This document shows positions 24,213-36,665 of a DNA stretch of 64,000 bases, piece after piece (positions within the stretch are counted from its first letter, which is position 1; every line of letters begins with the position of its first letter). Source of the DNA: Cladosporium halotolerans (taxonomy: Eukaryota); assembly GCF_011745625.1 (NCBI RefSeq), contig NW_027191469.1:310001-374000 (forward strand), given 5' to 3'. The position numbers and the translations under genes are program-made. The notes below the pieces were generated by a model. The model saw only the letters and a list, made by a program, of their open reading frames with translations. It made no database searches and had not been told where the DNA came from.

Positions 24213-26065
24213 CTAACATAACCTGACATCGAGGGTCATCTTTGGTACGCCTTGAAAGCCCTGTGGCATCGCATAAGTGAAATTCCAAACCTCGAAATCG
24301 CGAATCGTCTCCGACGTGCCACCGTTTGCGCCGCCAAACGAGAGAACGTACGACTCGTTGGCATTCGTCGAGACCCCAACGTCCAAGCCAACGAGACCAC
24401 TCCAATCCGCTATGGTGCGATTCTGCTTAAAAGTGCCCACTATCAGCGTGAAGATGGAGCTTGAATTGCCCGAAGGATACTCCAATTCAAGCTTGTTTGC
24501 AGAGACGCCGACTTGCAAGGCCTCTTCGGTCGGGTATAGCTATTGCAGAGACGTCAGCCGCACCCTACACCTTTGGGCGCTTGAAATGTTTCTTACCGAG
24601 ATGAAGCTGACTTCACTCCCCGTCCACCACTGAACCACCGCCGGATTGAACGACTCTTGCGATTGCGATGGCCCGCCGAGTCCGTTCTCGTCGAATGACT
24701 CTGCTCCGATCGTCAATTCCTCGGACACCCAGGTCGTGATGTTGCGAGGGCTGTTGTCGATTGGTGGATAGTACGTCGAAGCAGTAAAGGTGTGTTCACC
24801 GGAAAACTTCGTCAATCCGTTCACGATTTCGTCTGGAACAAGTGTACGATGGAAGGCTGCGAGCACCGCGAAGCATGGAGCGTACGCATAATCTGCGCTG
24901 TGCGACATTACCTGCGGCTGAAGAGGTTGTCAGTGTTCGGAAGCTTTCCGACTGAACATTTGTGCTTCCTGACCTGCGAAATCAAGGATGAGTTGTCCTT
25001 GCCAACCAGAACCCAGAACCAGAGCGCCATCAAGGACAGGTAGCGATTCATGTCATATCCGTATGCTCTATCCCATGGCCCTGCCATATTCTTCAAACTG
25101 GGATTCCAGAGCTGAGACACTGCCTCCCACGTATGTTTAACCATTTCAGGTCCATGCTGTGCCATGACAGAGTCCTGCGGCAAGTATTTGCACCACAAAG
25201 TTAGACCATAAAGACTGACTCCGGTATAAGTGCCAGAGTTAAACTCCGATAGAGTATTGTTGCGGTCAAACAGGTCGATGATATCCTGGGCATACTTCTC
25301 GCCGGATACAGTCATGTTCGCTTCGTTAAGCCGGCGGCCGGTCCATCCGGACATGAAAGCTCGCATGATAGACTACGCCATTGCAGGTTAGTTTTTGAGC
25401 AGTTTTGCAAGTCTGAAATCGATCAAGCTCACAGGATTGCTGTATGCTGGGTAGAGATTGTCGTCGTCAACACCTCCAACTCTGTATTCATCGCCCTTCG
25501 TAGCGTTATACAGACTTTCCAAAACCAACTCTCTTGTGCTTTCTGATAAGAGATGCTCGTACTCTTCTATTGCGATGATCAAGGTCGTACCAATAAAGCC
25601 TCGCCAGTTCGGGTCCCAAGAGTTATAAATGTCCGGCTCGTACACTGGCGACCCAACATACGGCTCCTCTGGATATTTTTGGTAGTCGCCATACCTGGAA
25701 CACGATCAGCGAAAAGAATTGATGCGGTGGCCTCCGTTGTCAGACCATTGTTCCGAGGGGATCTTGAACTGAGCTCCGATGACATTGCCAATGATGCTCT
25801 CGGCTTGCTGGACATCGTCGTTCTCATGTCGAGCGAGCAGTCCGAGAGCGTACCAGACGGAGCTGCGAGTCTCATGGCGCAGTGCAGCCGTAGCGCTAAG
25901 ATCGTAAAGGTACGACTCTGAGCTGTCATAAAAGGTGTCCATCCATTTCATCGACTCGTCCAATAGGATTTGGGCATTGGCCGGTAAGTGGAAGCCATGG
26001 TGCGCAGGTGCCGCAGAAACGGAGATGGTATATCCCACAACGCTCAATGCGAATATGGACTTCAT
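24213..26065 (-). CDS. Secreted conserved protein (often labelled linalool dehydratase/isomerase-like); 4 introns
   Basis: Signal peptide MKSIFALSVVGYTISVSA. Motifs HETRSSVWYA, WDPNWRGFIGT, AYSNP, LSEFNSGTY and AGPWDRAYGYDM spread across spliceable ORF pieces. Confidence 0.75.
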
Positions 26066-27298
26066 GATCGTAGAGGAGCCTTAGGGTGTAAAGAAGTATG
26101 ACAGAATGGAAACAGGACCTTGGAAGACTCTTTGTCCCATACCGACCTCTATTGACTTTATGTCGCAGATCAAAAGCCTTGGTTGCAATGGTTACATTGT
26201 GGGTACCTTGGCAGGCTCACGATAGCGCGCTGCAGATACTACACTACCTAGCGCTATCCGAGGTATGAAGATAGGAAACTCGCCGTGTTATCGACGGTGA
26301 GAGGTGGAGGTGCTGGGGTCGGCGAAATTGGTTCGGCATTTGATGGGCCGAAGTCGCTTGAGGAGGCCGAGGGCGGGGGCGGAGCACAAGTCGCATTCAA
26401 AGCCTACTGTCGTTCCTCTTTGCAGCTACCACGCACTATTTGTCGACGAAGATGTTCCGTTGACATTTCCCGAGGAGTGTGTTTGTCTTAAGCAACGCTT
26501 TGCAGGACATCACTCTTGAGGGAAGCAGCAATCAGCTCATGTACGGCCCAGAGCTTGATGACGATGTTGATATGAGGCGATGCTCTTCCACAGCTACATT
26601 TTGCTCCATTACGTTCTATTCTGGCGAAGTGCTTCAGATTTTAGCTTCTATTAACTTCGGAAAAATGGTGGCACCCGGTACTAAAGCGGTGCTTCAATGG
26701 ATTGTTCGGGCATCGAAAAATCAGTCCTCATAAGGTTCTGCCATCGCTTCGATGAACATGTGCGACGTGTCCAGCTACTGTACGATCTGCATCTCATGAA
26801 GCGAATTTCTCCCATCCATCATTGAATGCATGACTTTCTGGTTCTTACAGTGGAAATTCAGTTCGCGGATGCATCAAGCATATCCTCTGATGCCTTTTGT
26901 GATCGACAACCACGTCTCTACAGGACCTAAGACATGCCTCGGATTTTCTTGTTTGTGTACTTAGTACCCGCATGTTGAGTCTGCATAGTCATGCGCCCAT
27001 CTTACCAAACATATTACCTTCTCCACACTCCACCTCACTTGGCGTGCAGCTCGCGTGCCCATTGAGGACTCATCTGTCAAGCTCTCATGCCGATCACCAT
27101 CATCATGAGCTACTTCCCCTCAATTAGAGGTTTATTCCCGTAAAGTTGCAGCGAACGTGAGTCGACTTCACGTGGCTACCACGAGCCGATGGCGTGCAGC
27201 CAGCTTCTTTATTAGACCGCTCAAGCGCAGGAGGTAGGCGAACTAGCTTTTGTTCCCTCGAACAGTGGCCTACGATTGTCTCAGCTATGCAAGTGAGT

Positions 27299-29265
27299 AT
27301 GAACACCGATAATGAGAAGCTTGAGAATACCACTATTGGTAAAGATACCAATGCAGAGCAACTGGAAGAACTTAAGAAGAGCATCACTGTTGATACCTTA
27401 CACAATGACGAGGCTCTAAAGGTGCTGGCCAATTACCAGGGCGATGAGACATGGACGGCCGAAGAAGAAAAGAAGCTGACCAGGAAGATTGACCGGCGGC
27501 TGCTGAGCATCTTGTGCATCACCTACGGCTTGCAATATTACGATAAAGCAATGCTCTCGCAAGCGGTATGGCAGGACGGTCCATCTCCCTATACCGATGG
27601 GCTAACCCAGCGCAGGCATTGTTCGGGTTGAGGACAGATCTTGAACTGAATGTTGGTCTGAGATACTCGATGTCGGCAGCGATTTTCTATCCCGGATTTA
27701 TCTGCGGCGCATATCCTGCCATAGTTCTTGCTCAACGGTACCCGATCGAGCGAGTTATCTTTGGCATCGTCTTACTTTGGGGTATGTTGGTCATGCATGG
27801 GCCTTTGCTTCGGACCAAGGGTAGTATCATGGTTCAATGCTGATGTTCCCAGGTATCTGTTTGATGACCACAGCGGCTTGTACCTCATACCAAGGTCTCT
27901 ACGTACAGCGCTTCTTCCTCGGTGCCCTCGAAAGTGGTGTTTCCCCAGGGTGGATGCTAGTCGTTGGAGGGTATTGCCATCCTCTTTTTCCATACCTATG
28001 GAATAGAAGCTGATCAAACTCATCTTTCTAGATGGTACAAAAAGCAAGAACAAGCCTTCCGCATGGGCGTCTGGTACTCCATGACCGGCTACGTCTCCAT
28101 TGTTTCGCCACTCATCAACTATGGCCTTGGCCACATCACTGGCTCGCTCTCTCCCTGGCGCTACATGTATATTGTCGCCGGCAGCATTACCGTCTTGTGG
28201 GCGTTCGTCATCCTCTTGCTCATGCCGCCAGATCCCATCCGAGCGAAACGATTCTCCGACCGCGAACGTTATATCGCCGTTGCGCGGATGCGGGTCAACA
28301 ACTCTGGCGTCCGTAATACGCATTTCAAGGTCGAGCAGATGTGGGAGCTGCTGAAAGATGTCAAATTCTGGCTGACGTTCTGGATGGCGCTCACGATGCT
28401 CGTCGCCAATGGTCCCGGTGTGTATAAACCACGCTTACCGTTTGCTGGCCAGTCGTTCACACTGACACTCACATCTCAGTCTCAACCTTCACTCCAATCA
28501 TAATCTCAGACCTCGGCTTCAGTGGGCTCAACTCACTCCTGCTCGTCATGCCGGCTGGTGCCGTGATCGGCACTATCGAGCTGACCGCCCCTTTCCTCGC
28601 GATGCGGTTTCCTGGATGGCGCTCGTTCCTCGTCGCCATCACCGTCGCCGGCACTCTCCTCGCTTCGCTTCTGCTCTGGCTGCTGCCACAGAGCGCGACG
28701 GGCGGCAAGCTGTTCGCCGTGTACATCCTGGCTAGCTACGGTGGTGGCTACGCGGTGTTGATGAGCCTGGTGATCGCGAACTCGGCAGGGTATACCAAGA
28801 GGAGTCTGGGGAGTAGTGGAATGTTCGTTGGATATTGCATTGGTGAGGAGCATCAAAATCGAGAGAAATTCTGCTGGCCAGAGGGCTGACATGCACAGGC
28901 AACTTCATCGGACCACTGGTCTTCCTCGAGGAAGAGAAGCCTCTGTACACTACTGGCTGGATCGTGACGGTAGCTCCTATCAGACTCTTTCAGTCCCACT
29001 AACTGCATGACTGACGCAGACATTAGGTTGTCACATCCGCCATCTGCATTATCCTTGCGCTCGTCTACCGTTTCATCTGTGATCGAGAGAACAAAAAGCG
29101 AGACAAGAGCGGCGTTGAAGAAGCCTTCGACCACGCGTACGAGGATGACCTGACGGACATCAAGAACAAGCAGTTCAGGTGTAAGTTTTGTTGCACTCAC
29201 TTCTCGAGGACTTTTGCATGGTATCGCTCAGGACAGGCTGACGAGACGACTCAGACACCCTCTAG
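27299..29265 (+). CDS. MFS transporter, allantoate permease (Dal5/ACS) family; multi-intron
   Basis: EEKKLTRKID, LQYYDK, RFFLGALE, WYKKQEQAFR, ANSAGYTKR, ENKKRD and DLTD..NKQFRYTL* (last exon spliced). Confidence 0.9.
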
Positions 29266-29788
29266 GAATGGCGTGATTGTAGATGTGATCCGCTCCTTTT
29301 TGAATGCCGTATCATCAGCTCAGACATCGCGGAACCGTGCAGTGAAGTAACATCGACAGGCACACAAAAAAGTAAAACGCAAGAAAGGAGAATCTGGAAT
29401 TTCGTCATTGAGCAGCTTCTCAAGTACTGTACAAGAAGCCACCAAAGCAGTCATTTGCAACGCTACACAGAAAAAGGAAAGCAAAAAGCAGACCCAAGAA
29501 ACTCGGTTCGTCCAACTCGCTTCAATGCAATCGTCGTCAATAATCGTTGGCTCATGGCCTCGGGCTGAACCCAAGCGAGGCCTTCGTGTCGTCGCAGAAA
29601 TGTGTCATTCGTCGTCAATGTGTTTTTGTGCTGTGTCGTATTCGGTTGCCCGAAAGTGGTGACCGTTTCTCTCCCCTGCGCCCGTTTACTGCAGGGATTT
29701 CATGATGCTGCCGTTGTCTCTTCTTTCGTTGCGTGTCTTGCGCTAGCCTTCTTTTTTCGAATTGGTGTCTTGCGTTTCTCCTCTCTTC

Positions 29789-32700
29789 TCAAGCGTCATG
29801 CACGATCCTCATGCCGATCTGATCCTTGAGCTCAGCTCTCCTCCTCTCCCTCGCCGCGTCTTCCTTCGTCTCGCGCCTTTTCTTCATCCTTTCCGTGATT
29901 GGCTTGAAGCCCACATACTGCAACTTCGTGCGTGTGCCAGGGATGGAGAAGACCCTGCCTTCACCGGATCCGCGCGAGCTCGCTGACTCCGTCGATGGCA
30001 CGCGCTGAAGCGACGTGTTGAACGACGGAGTGGAATCGCTGCGCGGCGTGACGTGCGGCCTGCGCTTGTTAGTCCCGTGCCTGTCCATGCCGAGGCTGTT
30101 TCCGAGCAGGAAGCCGCCGCTGCCGCGGAAGCCAGGCATGCGAACGCTCATGCTGCGCGGGAACTTGTTGCGCGGGTGCTCAGAGGTGTCGCCGCCGGCG
30201 GGGAGGGGCTCGGGAGGACCATCAAGGTCGTAGAAGTCCTCTTCATCTTCTTCTTCCCAGAAGCTGGTCGGCACCCAGTTCGGGTGGAGCATTTCGTCTT
30301 CGCGCTTCTCGGTCATAGTTGGAGCCGGTTTGATGTTGTGGTTGCGCGTTACGAGGGTGCGACCGATGAGAGGGCGTACGAGAACGTCGCTGTAGCGCCT
30401 CGCGCGCTTAGCGAGAGACGAGCGACGCTGAGGTACATCTGGCTCGTCATCGTCGCGCTGGGCGCGCTCGATTTCCTCGTCCGATTCATCGTGCGAAGGG
30501 GTCGGTGGGATGAAGTTGATGACGGGAGGAGCCGGAGCTTCCCTCGGATCCGTAAGCGGGCTTTTCACCGTGTGAATGCTCTTGCCATTGACAGCGATGG
30601 ATGGTGGATCAGCTGCTGGTGGAGGTGGAGGTTGGGCAGCAACTTGAGCCCAGGACCTCCGAGGCGGGTTGCTTGCTGGCTCCTTGACGGGCTTGGCAGC
30701 CTCTGGCTTGTCTTTGTTCAATGGCTTCGGTCCATTCTGCACGAGTAGTAGGCTGTCGTTGCTGTGCGGGTACAAGGCTACGTTCTGCGCCTCACAAACT
30801 TCCATTTCTGTACGGTCCGAGTTGGCGCTCGCCGACATTGGAGTTCCCATGCTGCGATCGCGGTTGTGAGAAAGGCCCAAAAGATGAGGTGCCGTGATGC
30901 TGGTGGTCTCGACAATCGTGGAGTAATCCTTGTGCTTAGTCGGCTCCTCTACCGGAGCTGGCTTGCTTTTGATCGCAGCTGGCTTGCTTTCGAGCACAGC
31001 CGGCTTGTTCTCCAATCTATATTCTCTGGAAGAGCGGCGGAGCGCGTGTTGGCGGGGACGATCATTGCGCGCATTGTCTCTAGCGTCTTGTTTGAGATGG
31101 ACAGGGAGCGATGAATGCCTCAGCTGCGGCGTCGGATTGGCTGGAAGAGGTGGCTTCTGCGACGTAGGAGGAGAGCCCTTGGATTGAGACAGCGATGGTG
31201 AGTTTTCGTTGGAGCGCAATGGACGGCCGGCACCGCTGAGCGGGCGCTTCTCATGGCGCAAAGAGTGGGAGCCGGACACGGAGCGGATTGTGCGCTGGGT
31301 ATCCGGACTGTCCGCAATGGGCGCCTTCTGCGGGACGAAGGCCTTCTTGTGGCGGAGCGAGTGATCGTGTACGGGTAGCTGACTGACGCTGGGCATGTAC
31401 GAGCTGTTGTCGTCGTCGCTGACGCTGCGCAGAGACTGGCGCTTGGTGACGTGCCGCAGATGGTGATTGCGCGCCGCCTCGGTCGGGGTGAGCTGGACGC
31501 CGACGGCCTGGCCGTTCTTGATCGCGTCGAAGCGGTCCATGTTGGCCTGCTGGATGTGCTTGTACACAGCGTCGTTGGAGTCGCGTGGGGGAGCAGCGAG
31601 GAATTCTGGAGGGATGTCTGATGAAGCCAGGGTCCCGGCGTGCTGGCGCAGCCACTCCATTCTGCGCGCCTCACGTGCCCCCGGCGACCGCTCCCTCGGA
31701 AGCCCACCGGGGGGCGCTGGAGGCGCCGGCGGCATCTGTCGTCGCCGCTGGATCTCCAAACTCGGCGATGCCGCCTCACTCTCTTCTTCGCTGCTGTCAT
31801 CGTCGTCGCTGTCTTCATCGCTGTCCTCCTCGCTGTCTTCACTGCTATCTTCACTGCTTTCTTCGCTGCTGGTCACATCGGAGCCTCGCTTCAGCCGCCC
31901 TTGTTCCGCGACAGTCTTTGGCGTCCCGGATGGAGCGAATGCCGGATTATTGATGCCCCTCGGCCGATCACTACGCTTGGCATTCGGGTTTTCGACCTTC
32001 CTGCCGTGGCCACTCAATCGAGAACCAGGAGAAATTCCACGCCTCAGATTCGGCGGACCCTCAGGCTCGTCCTCACTCTCCTCTTCGCTCCCTTCACTCT
32101 CTTCACTTGAGTCATCATCCTCCTCGTCATCGTCGTCATCTTCATCACTTTCACTCTCATCTTGGCCGTCAGCGGAGACATAAGAGACCCGATCCCCCCA
32201 CTTTCTTTCGATGCTCCGGTCTCGACCTTGAACTTGCCGAAGCTGATGCTGGTCTATAGGCGGCTGCCGTGGCCGTTGGGTCGCTTGCTGCGGCCGCTGT
32301 TGTTGTGCTTGACCTGATCGCGCTATCTGGGCTTTCAAGACCGAGAGTGGCGGCCCTTGTGAATGCGAAGGGGGCGCTGGCGCTTGCGGCGGAGGTGACT
32401 GTTGAACTTGCGGCCCAAGAGGCTTTACTCGCTGTGGTGGAGATTGTTGCGGCAAGGGCCTTCGCGCTTGCGGTGCTCGAGACTGTTCACGCGGTTGTTG
32501 TGGTTGTTGCGGAAGTGGCCTGCGCGCTTGTGGTGCTTGAGATCGTTCTCGCGGTTGGCTTGACCGGTCCGGTTGTCCCCGTTGCGCTTGCGGCGCTCGT
32601 GATCGATCTGATTGAGGGCATTGTTGAGGGAGTGTTTGAGGCTGGCCCCGTGGGTGATTTGATCGATCCTGTTGAGGCCGTTCTGATTGAGGAGGCTGGT

Positions 32701-33826
32701 GCTGTCCTCGCGGCTGTTGCATTCGATCCTGTGGCGGACGAGGGACTTGCGGAACTTGAGCTTGGCCACGCTCTTGTTGCGATCGATCGGGCTGGGGTCT
32801 CTGGGGCTGCGATTGTTGGGGCTGGGGCCTCTGCATTTGAGATCCTCGTGTTTGTCCTTGCGGTGGCTGCAGTCGATCTGCTTGTGGTGGCCTTGCTTGC
32901 GGTCCTTGCGGCGGTTGCCATCGGTCTGGCTGAGGCGCACGCGATTGCGCTTGCGAGGGTTGCGAGCGATTCGGTTGTGGCTTTTCAGGTTGCGTGTACG
33001 GTGGCTGGGGTCTCTGCAGTTGAGGCAATTGTGATTGCGGTCGTTGTGAATTTTGGCTAGGCCGATGTTGCTCGACTTCGTCGTCGTCGTCGTCGGAGTC
33101 TTCCTCCTCCTCTTCCTCTTCACTATCGGATTCGCTTTCGTCTTCCTCCTCATTTTCCGAATCACTGTCGTCCTCGGCGCCTGCAAACGGCCTTTGCCGA
33201 TCGAGTGGGCTCTCCGCGTCGTAGAAATACCTCTTGGGCCGCGCAATATCTCGGCTCGAACTGGTACTGGGCGGGCTGGGCGGGCTTTCTGTGTTCCGGT
33301 ACTGCTTTGGGCGTACATCTCTATTACTGGACCCCGTGCTCACCGTACTCATGGAATCATACTGCGTACTCGACTTCGCCGCACTGCTGGTGCTAGACAT
33401 GGGCGTCGAGCTCGGTGTGACATGAAAAGCACCCGGGATGTTCAGCCACGGCTCGTGATCCTGCTTCCGGCCCCGTCCATGATGCACGACTGCCTCCTCC
33501 TCTTCTTCTTCTTCCTCCTCCTCGCTCTCCGTGTCCTCCTCTCCGACCTGACTCGCCGCCTCGTCCGGGAAGCTCAAGAACTCCTGCGACAGCTCCTCGC
33601 GCGCGGTCTTGAACGAGTTCGCCCGCGAACTGCAATCGCGGTCCAGCGACGGCCGGACCATGGCCGGCGGCGAGAAATCCGGCGTCACCAGCTGCTGCTG
33701 GAGAGCCTGCATCGGGGGCGTCTGGACGGCAGCCTTGTGGTCATCGCTGTCTTCTTCCGGAGGCGTGGGCGGAAGGCGCATGTCTCTTCGCACGCGCGGC
33801 GCGACGACGTGCGAGAGCTCAGTCAA
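29789..33826 (-). CDS. Large (~1330 aa) intrinsically disordered fungal protein with acidic tracts and Q/P/R repeats; true start uncertain (first ATG about 33781)
   Basis: 4-kb uninterrupted ORF. C-terminal blocks LHPNWVPTSFW and GFRGSGGFLLGNSLGMDRHGTNKRRP look conserved. Confidence 0.8.
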   Translation of the reverse strand: MTELSHVVAPRVRRDMRLPPTPPEEDSDDHKAAVQTPPMQALQQQLVTPDFSPPAMVRPSLDRDCSSRANSFKTAREELSQEFLSFPDEAASQVGEEDTESEEEEEEEEEEAVVHHGRGRKQDHEPWLNIPGAFHVTPSSTPMSSTSSAAKSSTQYDSMSTVSTGSSNRDVRPKQYRNTESPPSPPSTSSSRDIARPKRYFYDAESPLDRQRPFAGAEDDSDSENEEEDESESDSEEEEEEEDSDDDDDEVEQHRPSQNSQRPQSQLPQLQRPQPPYTQPEKPQPNRSQPSQAQSRAPQPDRWQPPQGPQARPPQADRLQPPQGQTRGSQMQRPQPQQSQPQRPQPDRSQQERGQAQVPQVPRPPQDRMQQPRGQHQPPQSERPQQDRSNHPRGQPQTLPQQCPQSDRSRAPQAQRGQPDRSSQPRERSQAPQARRPLPQQPQQPREQSRAPQARRPLPQQSPPQRVKPLGPQVQQSPPPQAPAPPSHSQGPPLSVLKAQIARSGQAQQQRPQQATQRPRQPPIDQHQLRQVQGRDRSIERKWGDRVSYVSADGQDESESDEDDDDDEEDDDSSEESEGSEEESEDEPEGPPNLRRGISPGSRLSGHGRKVENPNAKRSDRPRGINNPAFAPSGTPKTVAEQGRLKRGSDVTSSEESSEDSSEDSEEDSDEDSDDDDSSEEESEAASPSLEIQRRRQMPPAPPAPPGGLPRERSPGAREARRMEWLRQHAGTLASSDIPPEFLAAPPRDSNDAVYKHIQQANMDRFDAIKNGQAVGVQLTPTEAARNHHLRHVTKRQSLRSVSDDDNSSYMPSVSQLPVHDHSLRHKKAFVPQKAPIADSPDTQRTIRSVSGSHSLRHEKRPLSGAGRPLRSNENSPSLSQSKGSPPTSQKPPLPANPTPQLRHSSLPVHLKQDARDNARNDRPRQHALRRSSREYRLENKPAVLESKPAAIKSKPAPVEEPTKHKDYSTIVETTSITAPHLLGLSHNRDRSMGTPMSASANSDRTEMEVCEAQNVALYPHSNDSLLLVQNGPKPLNKDKPEAAKPVKEPASNPPRRSWAQVAAQPPPPPAADPPSIAVNGKSIHTVKSPLTDPREAPAPPVINFIPPTPSHDESDEEIERAQRDDDEPDVPQRRSSLAKRARRYSDVLVRPLIGRTLVTRNHNIKPAPTMTEKREDEMLHPNWVPTSFWEEEDEEDFYDLDGPPEPLPAGGDTSEHPRNKFPRSMSVRMPGFRGSGGFLLGNSLGMDRHGTNKRRPHVTPRSDSTPSFNTSLQRVPSTESASSRGSGEGRVFSIPGTRTKLQYVGFKPITERMKKRRETKEDAARERRRAELKDQIGMRIVHDA

Positions 33827-35027
33827 AGAGCAGCCAAACGGGAAGATCGTCGGTCTTTCCCTGCTGCCGCCGCGGCCGCCCGAGGCGCTATGACAGGATC
33901 ATCAAGGCGTTAATGCTGGGGGAGCAGATAGCGTGAAGGATCGATGGGTCAGAGGCTCCTGCGCATTTCTGGGAGGGGGAACGACATGCATATGCGAGAA
34001 ACGAGAGTTGCAGATTACAGGCGCGCAATACCTAGGCCCTTGGCGGGATAGCCTTCGGGTCTCGGTGACAGAATTGTGGGATGCCGCACAAGTACGATCC
34101 AACGGGTTTTGGGCCAGTTTCACGGTGGTCTCGCCTTGTACATTGGGCGAAGTCGATCAAAATGATAGTAGGGCTTATAGACGATTGGAGACGAGGCGTG
34201 GAGCGATCCGCTACATCGTGTGTCAGATGGCTCCACCGCCATGTTCTTCAGCCGGAGTTGTTGGTTGTCTTAGACCGCTGAAGCTGCTGCGACGCTAGCG
34301 CTGTCGAACCGTCACGATACTAAAGCAGCCCGAGATTGGCTGTGCTGTACATACTTGACATCGAAAGCCGCCCGACTCTACTAGAGTGCGTTGTCATTCC
34401 TGCAAGTATTCGTGTGAAAAGCGCACGGGTTCCAGTTCACCTCACCGCGTGCTCTCCCAAATTGGAAGTCGCGATGCAGTCCCGGAGCTTTTGCCCTCCA
34501 CTCGAGAGCTAAGATAGGCTCAGACTAGTGCCAGGAATGACGAGAATGACATCAAGCCAGAGAAACACGCGATTCTCCAGCAAATCTTCGCACGCGCAAT
34601 CACGTTATCAATTTGAGATGGCCGCACTCTCCCTCCGAAGCCATCGCGCTCTGTCAATGTCTGGAGGCGAAGAAACGATCGCGCCTGCGTGGCCGTCTCA
34701 CACCGATACTGCAGAGCAACTCCGCAGCGGCACGACATTGCATGCGCGGGCAGGCTCTAGGCTAGATGGCCTGCATAAATCCCACACCACCGTGCAAAGC
34801 CGCGTGTCCCGCGCCCCAATCACAGCGCGTCACGACGGCGACGGACTCCTCTTCCTCGGCAGGCTGCAGGATACGAGTGTGGGTGTTTGCGCCCGGTAGT
34901 GCAGGCGGGCCTGGCTGGGGACTACTACCGAGTGATCATGCGAGCGATGGTTATCAAGATGGCTGGGAGTCCACTTGGGTTGCTGGCGTTGCACGCGGAC
35001 GCGATGGCCGGAATCACTCCCCGCTCA

Positions 35028-36419
35028 TCAGACGATGCTCCTCCGCCGCAAATCTTCTATCTTGGCATCTGGATATCCTAGCCCTCGCAGCACCTCCCCT
35101 GTGTGCTCTCCAAGCGTAGGCGGCCTGGATTCAGTCGCCGCTCTGGTCTTCTCGAATTTGACCGCAGGACCAATGCTCTGCCATTGCCCCGAGCGAACCG
35201 CATCCCACTCCACAGGCCGTACCATATCACGAGCTTTCGTCTGAGGATGATCGAAAGCCTTCTGAATCGTGTTGACTGGCCCATGTGCCAGACCAGAGCC
35301 ATCGAGCTCTCGCAACCACTCCTCGCGTGTCTTCGAGCGGAATGTCCCCTCGAAAACCTCGTCCATCAATGCGCGATGCTCCACTCTGTTGGCATTCGTT
35401 GCGTATCTCTTGTCCTCCGCCAACTCCGGGCGCCCAACCCTCTCGCACAAAGTGCGAAATTGACGATCATTGTTCGCCGCAACCGTCAGCCACTGCCCGT
35501 CTTTACACCTCCAAGTATTGTACGGCACGATACTGGGATGCGCGGCCCCGTACCTCTTCCCTTCAACTCCCCGATTCAACCAGTCCGCTCCAACGTTGAT
35601 CAGAAGACTAATCTGCGTCTCGAACAACGAAGCGGAGATTTGCTGACCCTCTCCGGTGCGGTCGCGGCTATACAGCGCTGCCATGATCGCTCCATGCGTA
35701 TACAGTCCCGTCGCCATATCCGTCATTCCCAGCCCAGGCCTCACCGGGCCGCCCTCAGGCGAACCAGTTATGTGCATGAGCCCTCCTTCCGCCGCAGCAA
35801 TCGCATCGTAGCCCGCGCGCTTCGCGTACGGCCCCGACGAGCCATAGCCCGAAATACTCGCATAGACCAGCCGTGGGTTGAGATCGGACAGCCTCTCATA
35901 TCCAATGCCGAGTCTGTCTGCGGCACCCGGAAGGAAGTTTTCCAGCACCACGTCGGACGTCTTGGCTAGCTCGAAGACGATCTCCAGCGCCTCAGGCTGC
36001 TTCAGATCGAGGGTCAGACTGCGCTTGTTGCGGTTGACAGCTGCGAAGTAGAAGCTGGTGGGCCCGGCTGAGTCCTCCCAGTGAGAGGCTTCGCCTTTGC
36101 CTTGCCAAGAGCGTGTTTCGTCGCCAATGAGACGTTGCTCGACTTTGATCACGTCGGCACCGTAGTCTGCAAGGATTTGGCTGTAGCCCGGTGAGTCAGT
36201 AAACCGTCAAAAGCTAAGGTAAGTTTTGGCTCACCTGCAAAAGGGCCCAGCAAGGATGCGAGAGAAATCAAGCACTTTAATGCCTTTCAGAGCTCCAGGC
36301 ATAGCTGGAGAGTCTTGAGGATGTGAGTGTCGTATCTGGCGGATGTATGCATGGTATTGTATATTATTTCGAGCTTGTAAAGCCAACACTCGGCGGTAGT
36401 TGGGACCTGAAAAGCGCAT
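35028..36419 (-). CDS. CoA-transferase family III (CaiB/BaiF; SUGCT-like), mitochondrial presequence; one intron
   Basis: LKGIKVLDFSRILAGPFC|SQILADYGADVIKVE, NRNKRSLTLDLK, GYDAIAAAEGG, catalytic Asp in GMTDMATG, and PPTLGEHT. Confidence 0.93.
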
Positions 36420-36665
36420 ACTCCCCACGGTACAACCGATTAATCAACCTCTTGACCAAAATCTTGAGCGAACTGACCTTACTACTATATCAATATCTGA
36501 CAAAACAAGAATACGCTATGTGGTGCCGCTTCATGCACATCAGGCGGGGTTCCATGAAGCCGAGGTCGAGACCCATCGTTTGTCTAACAACGATGCGTAG
36601 GACTATCAAATCATCGATCATTCAAACGAAAAGGAACATTCGAAACCCAAAGATATCCCAGAAAG

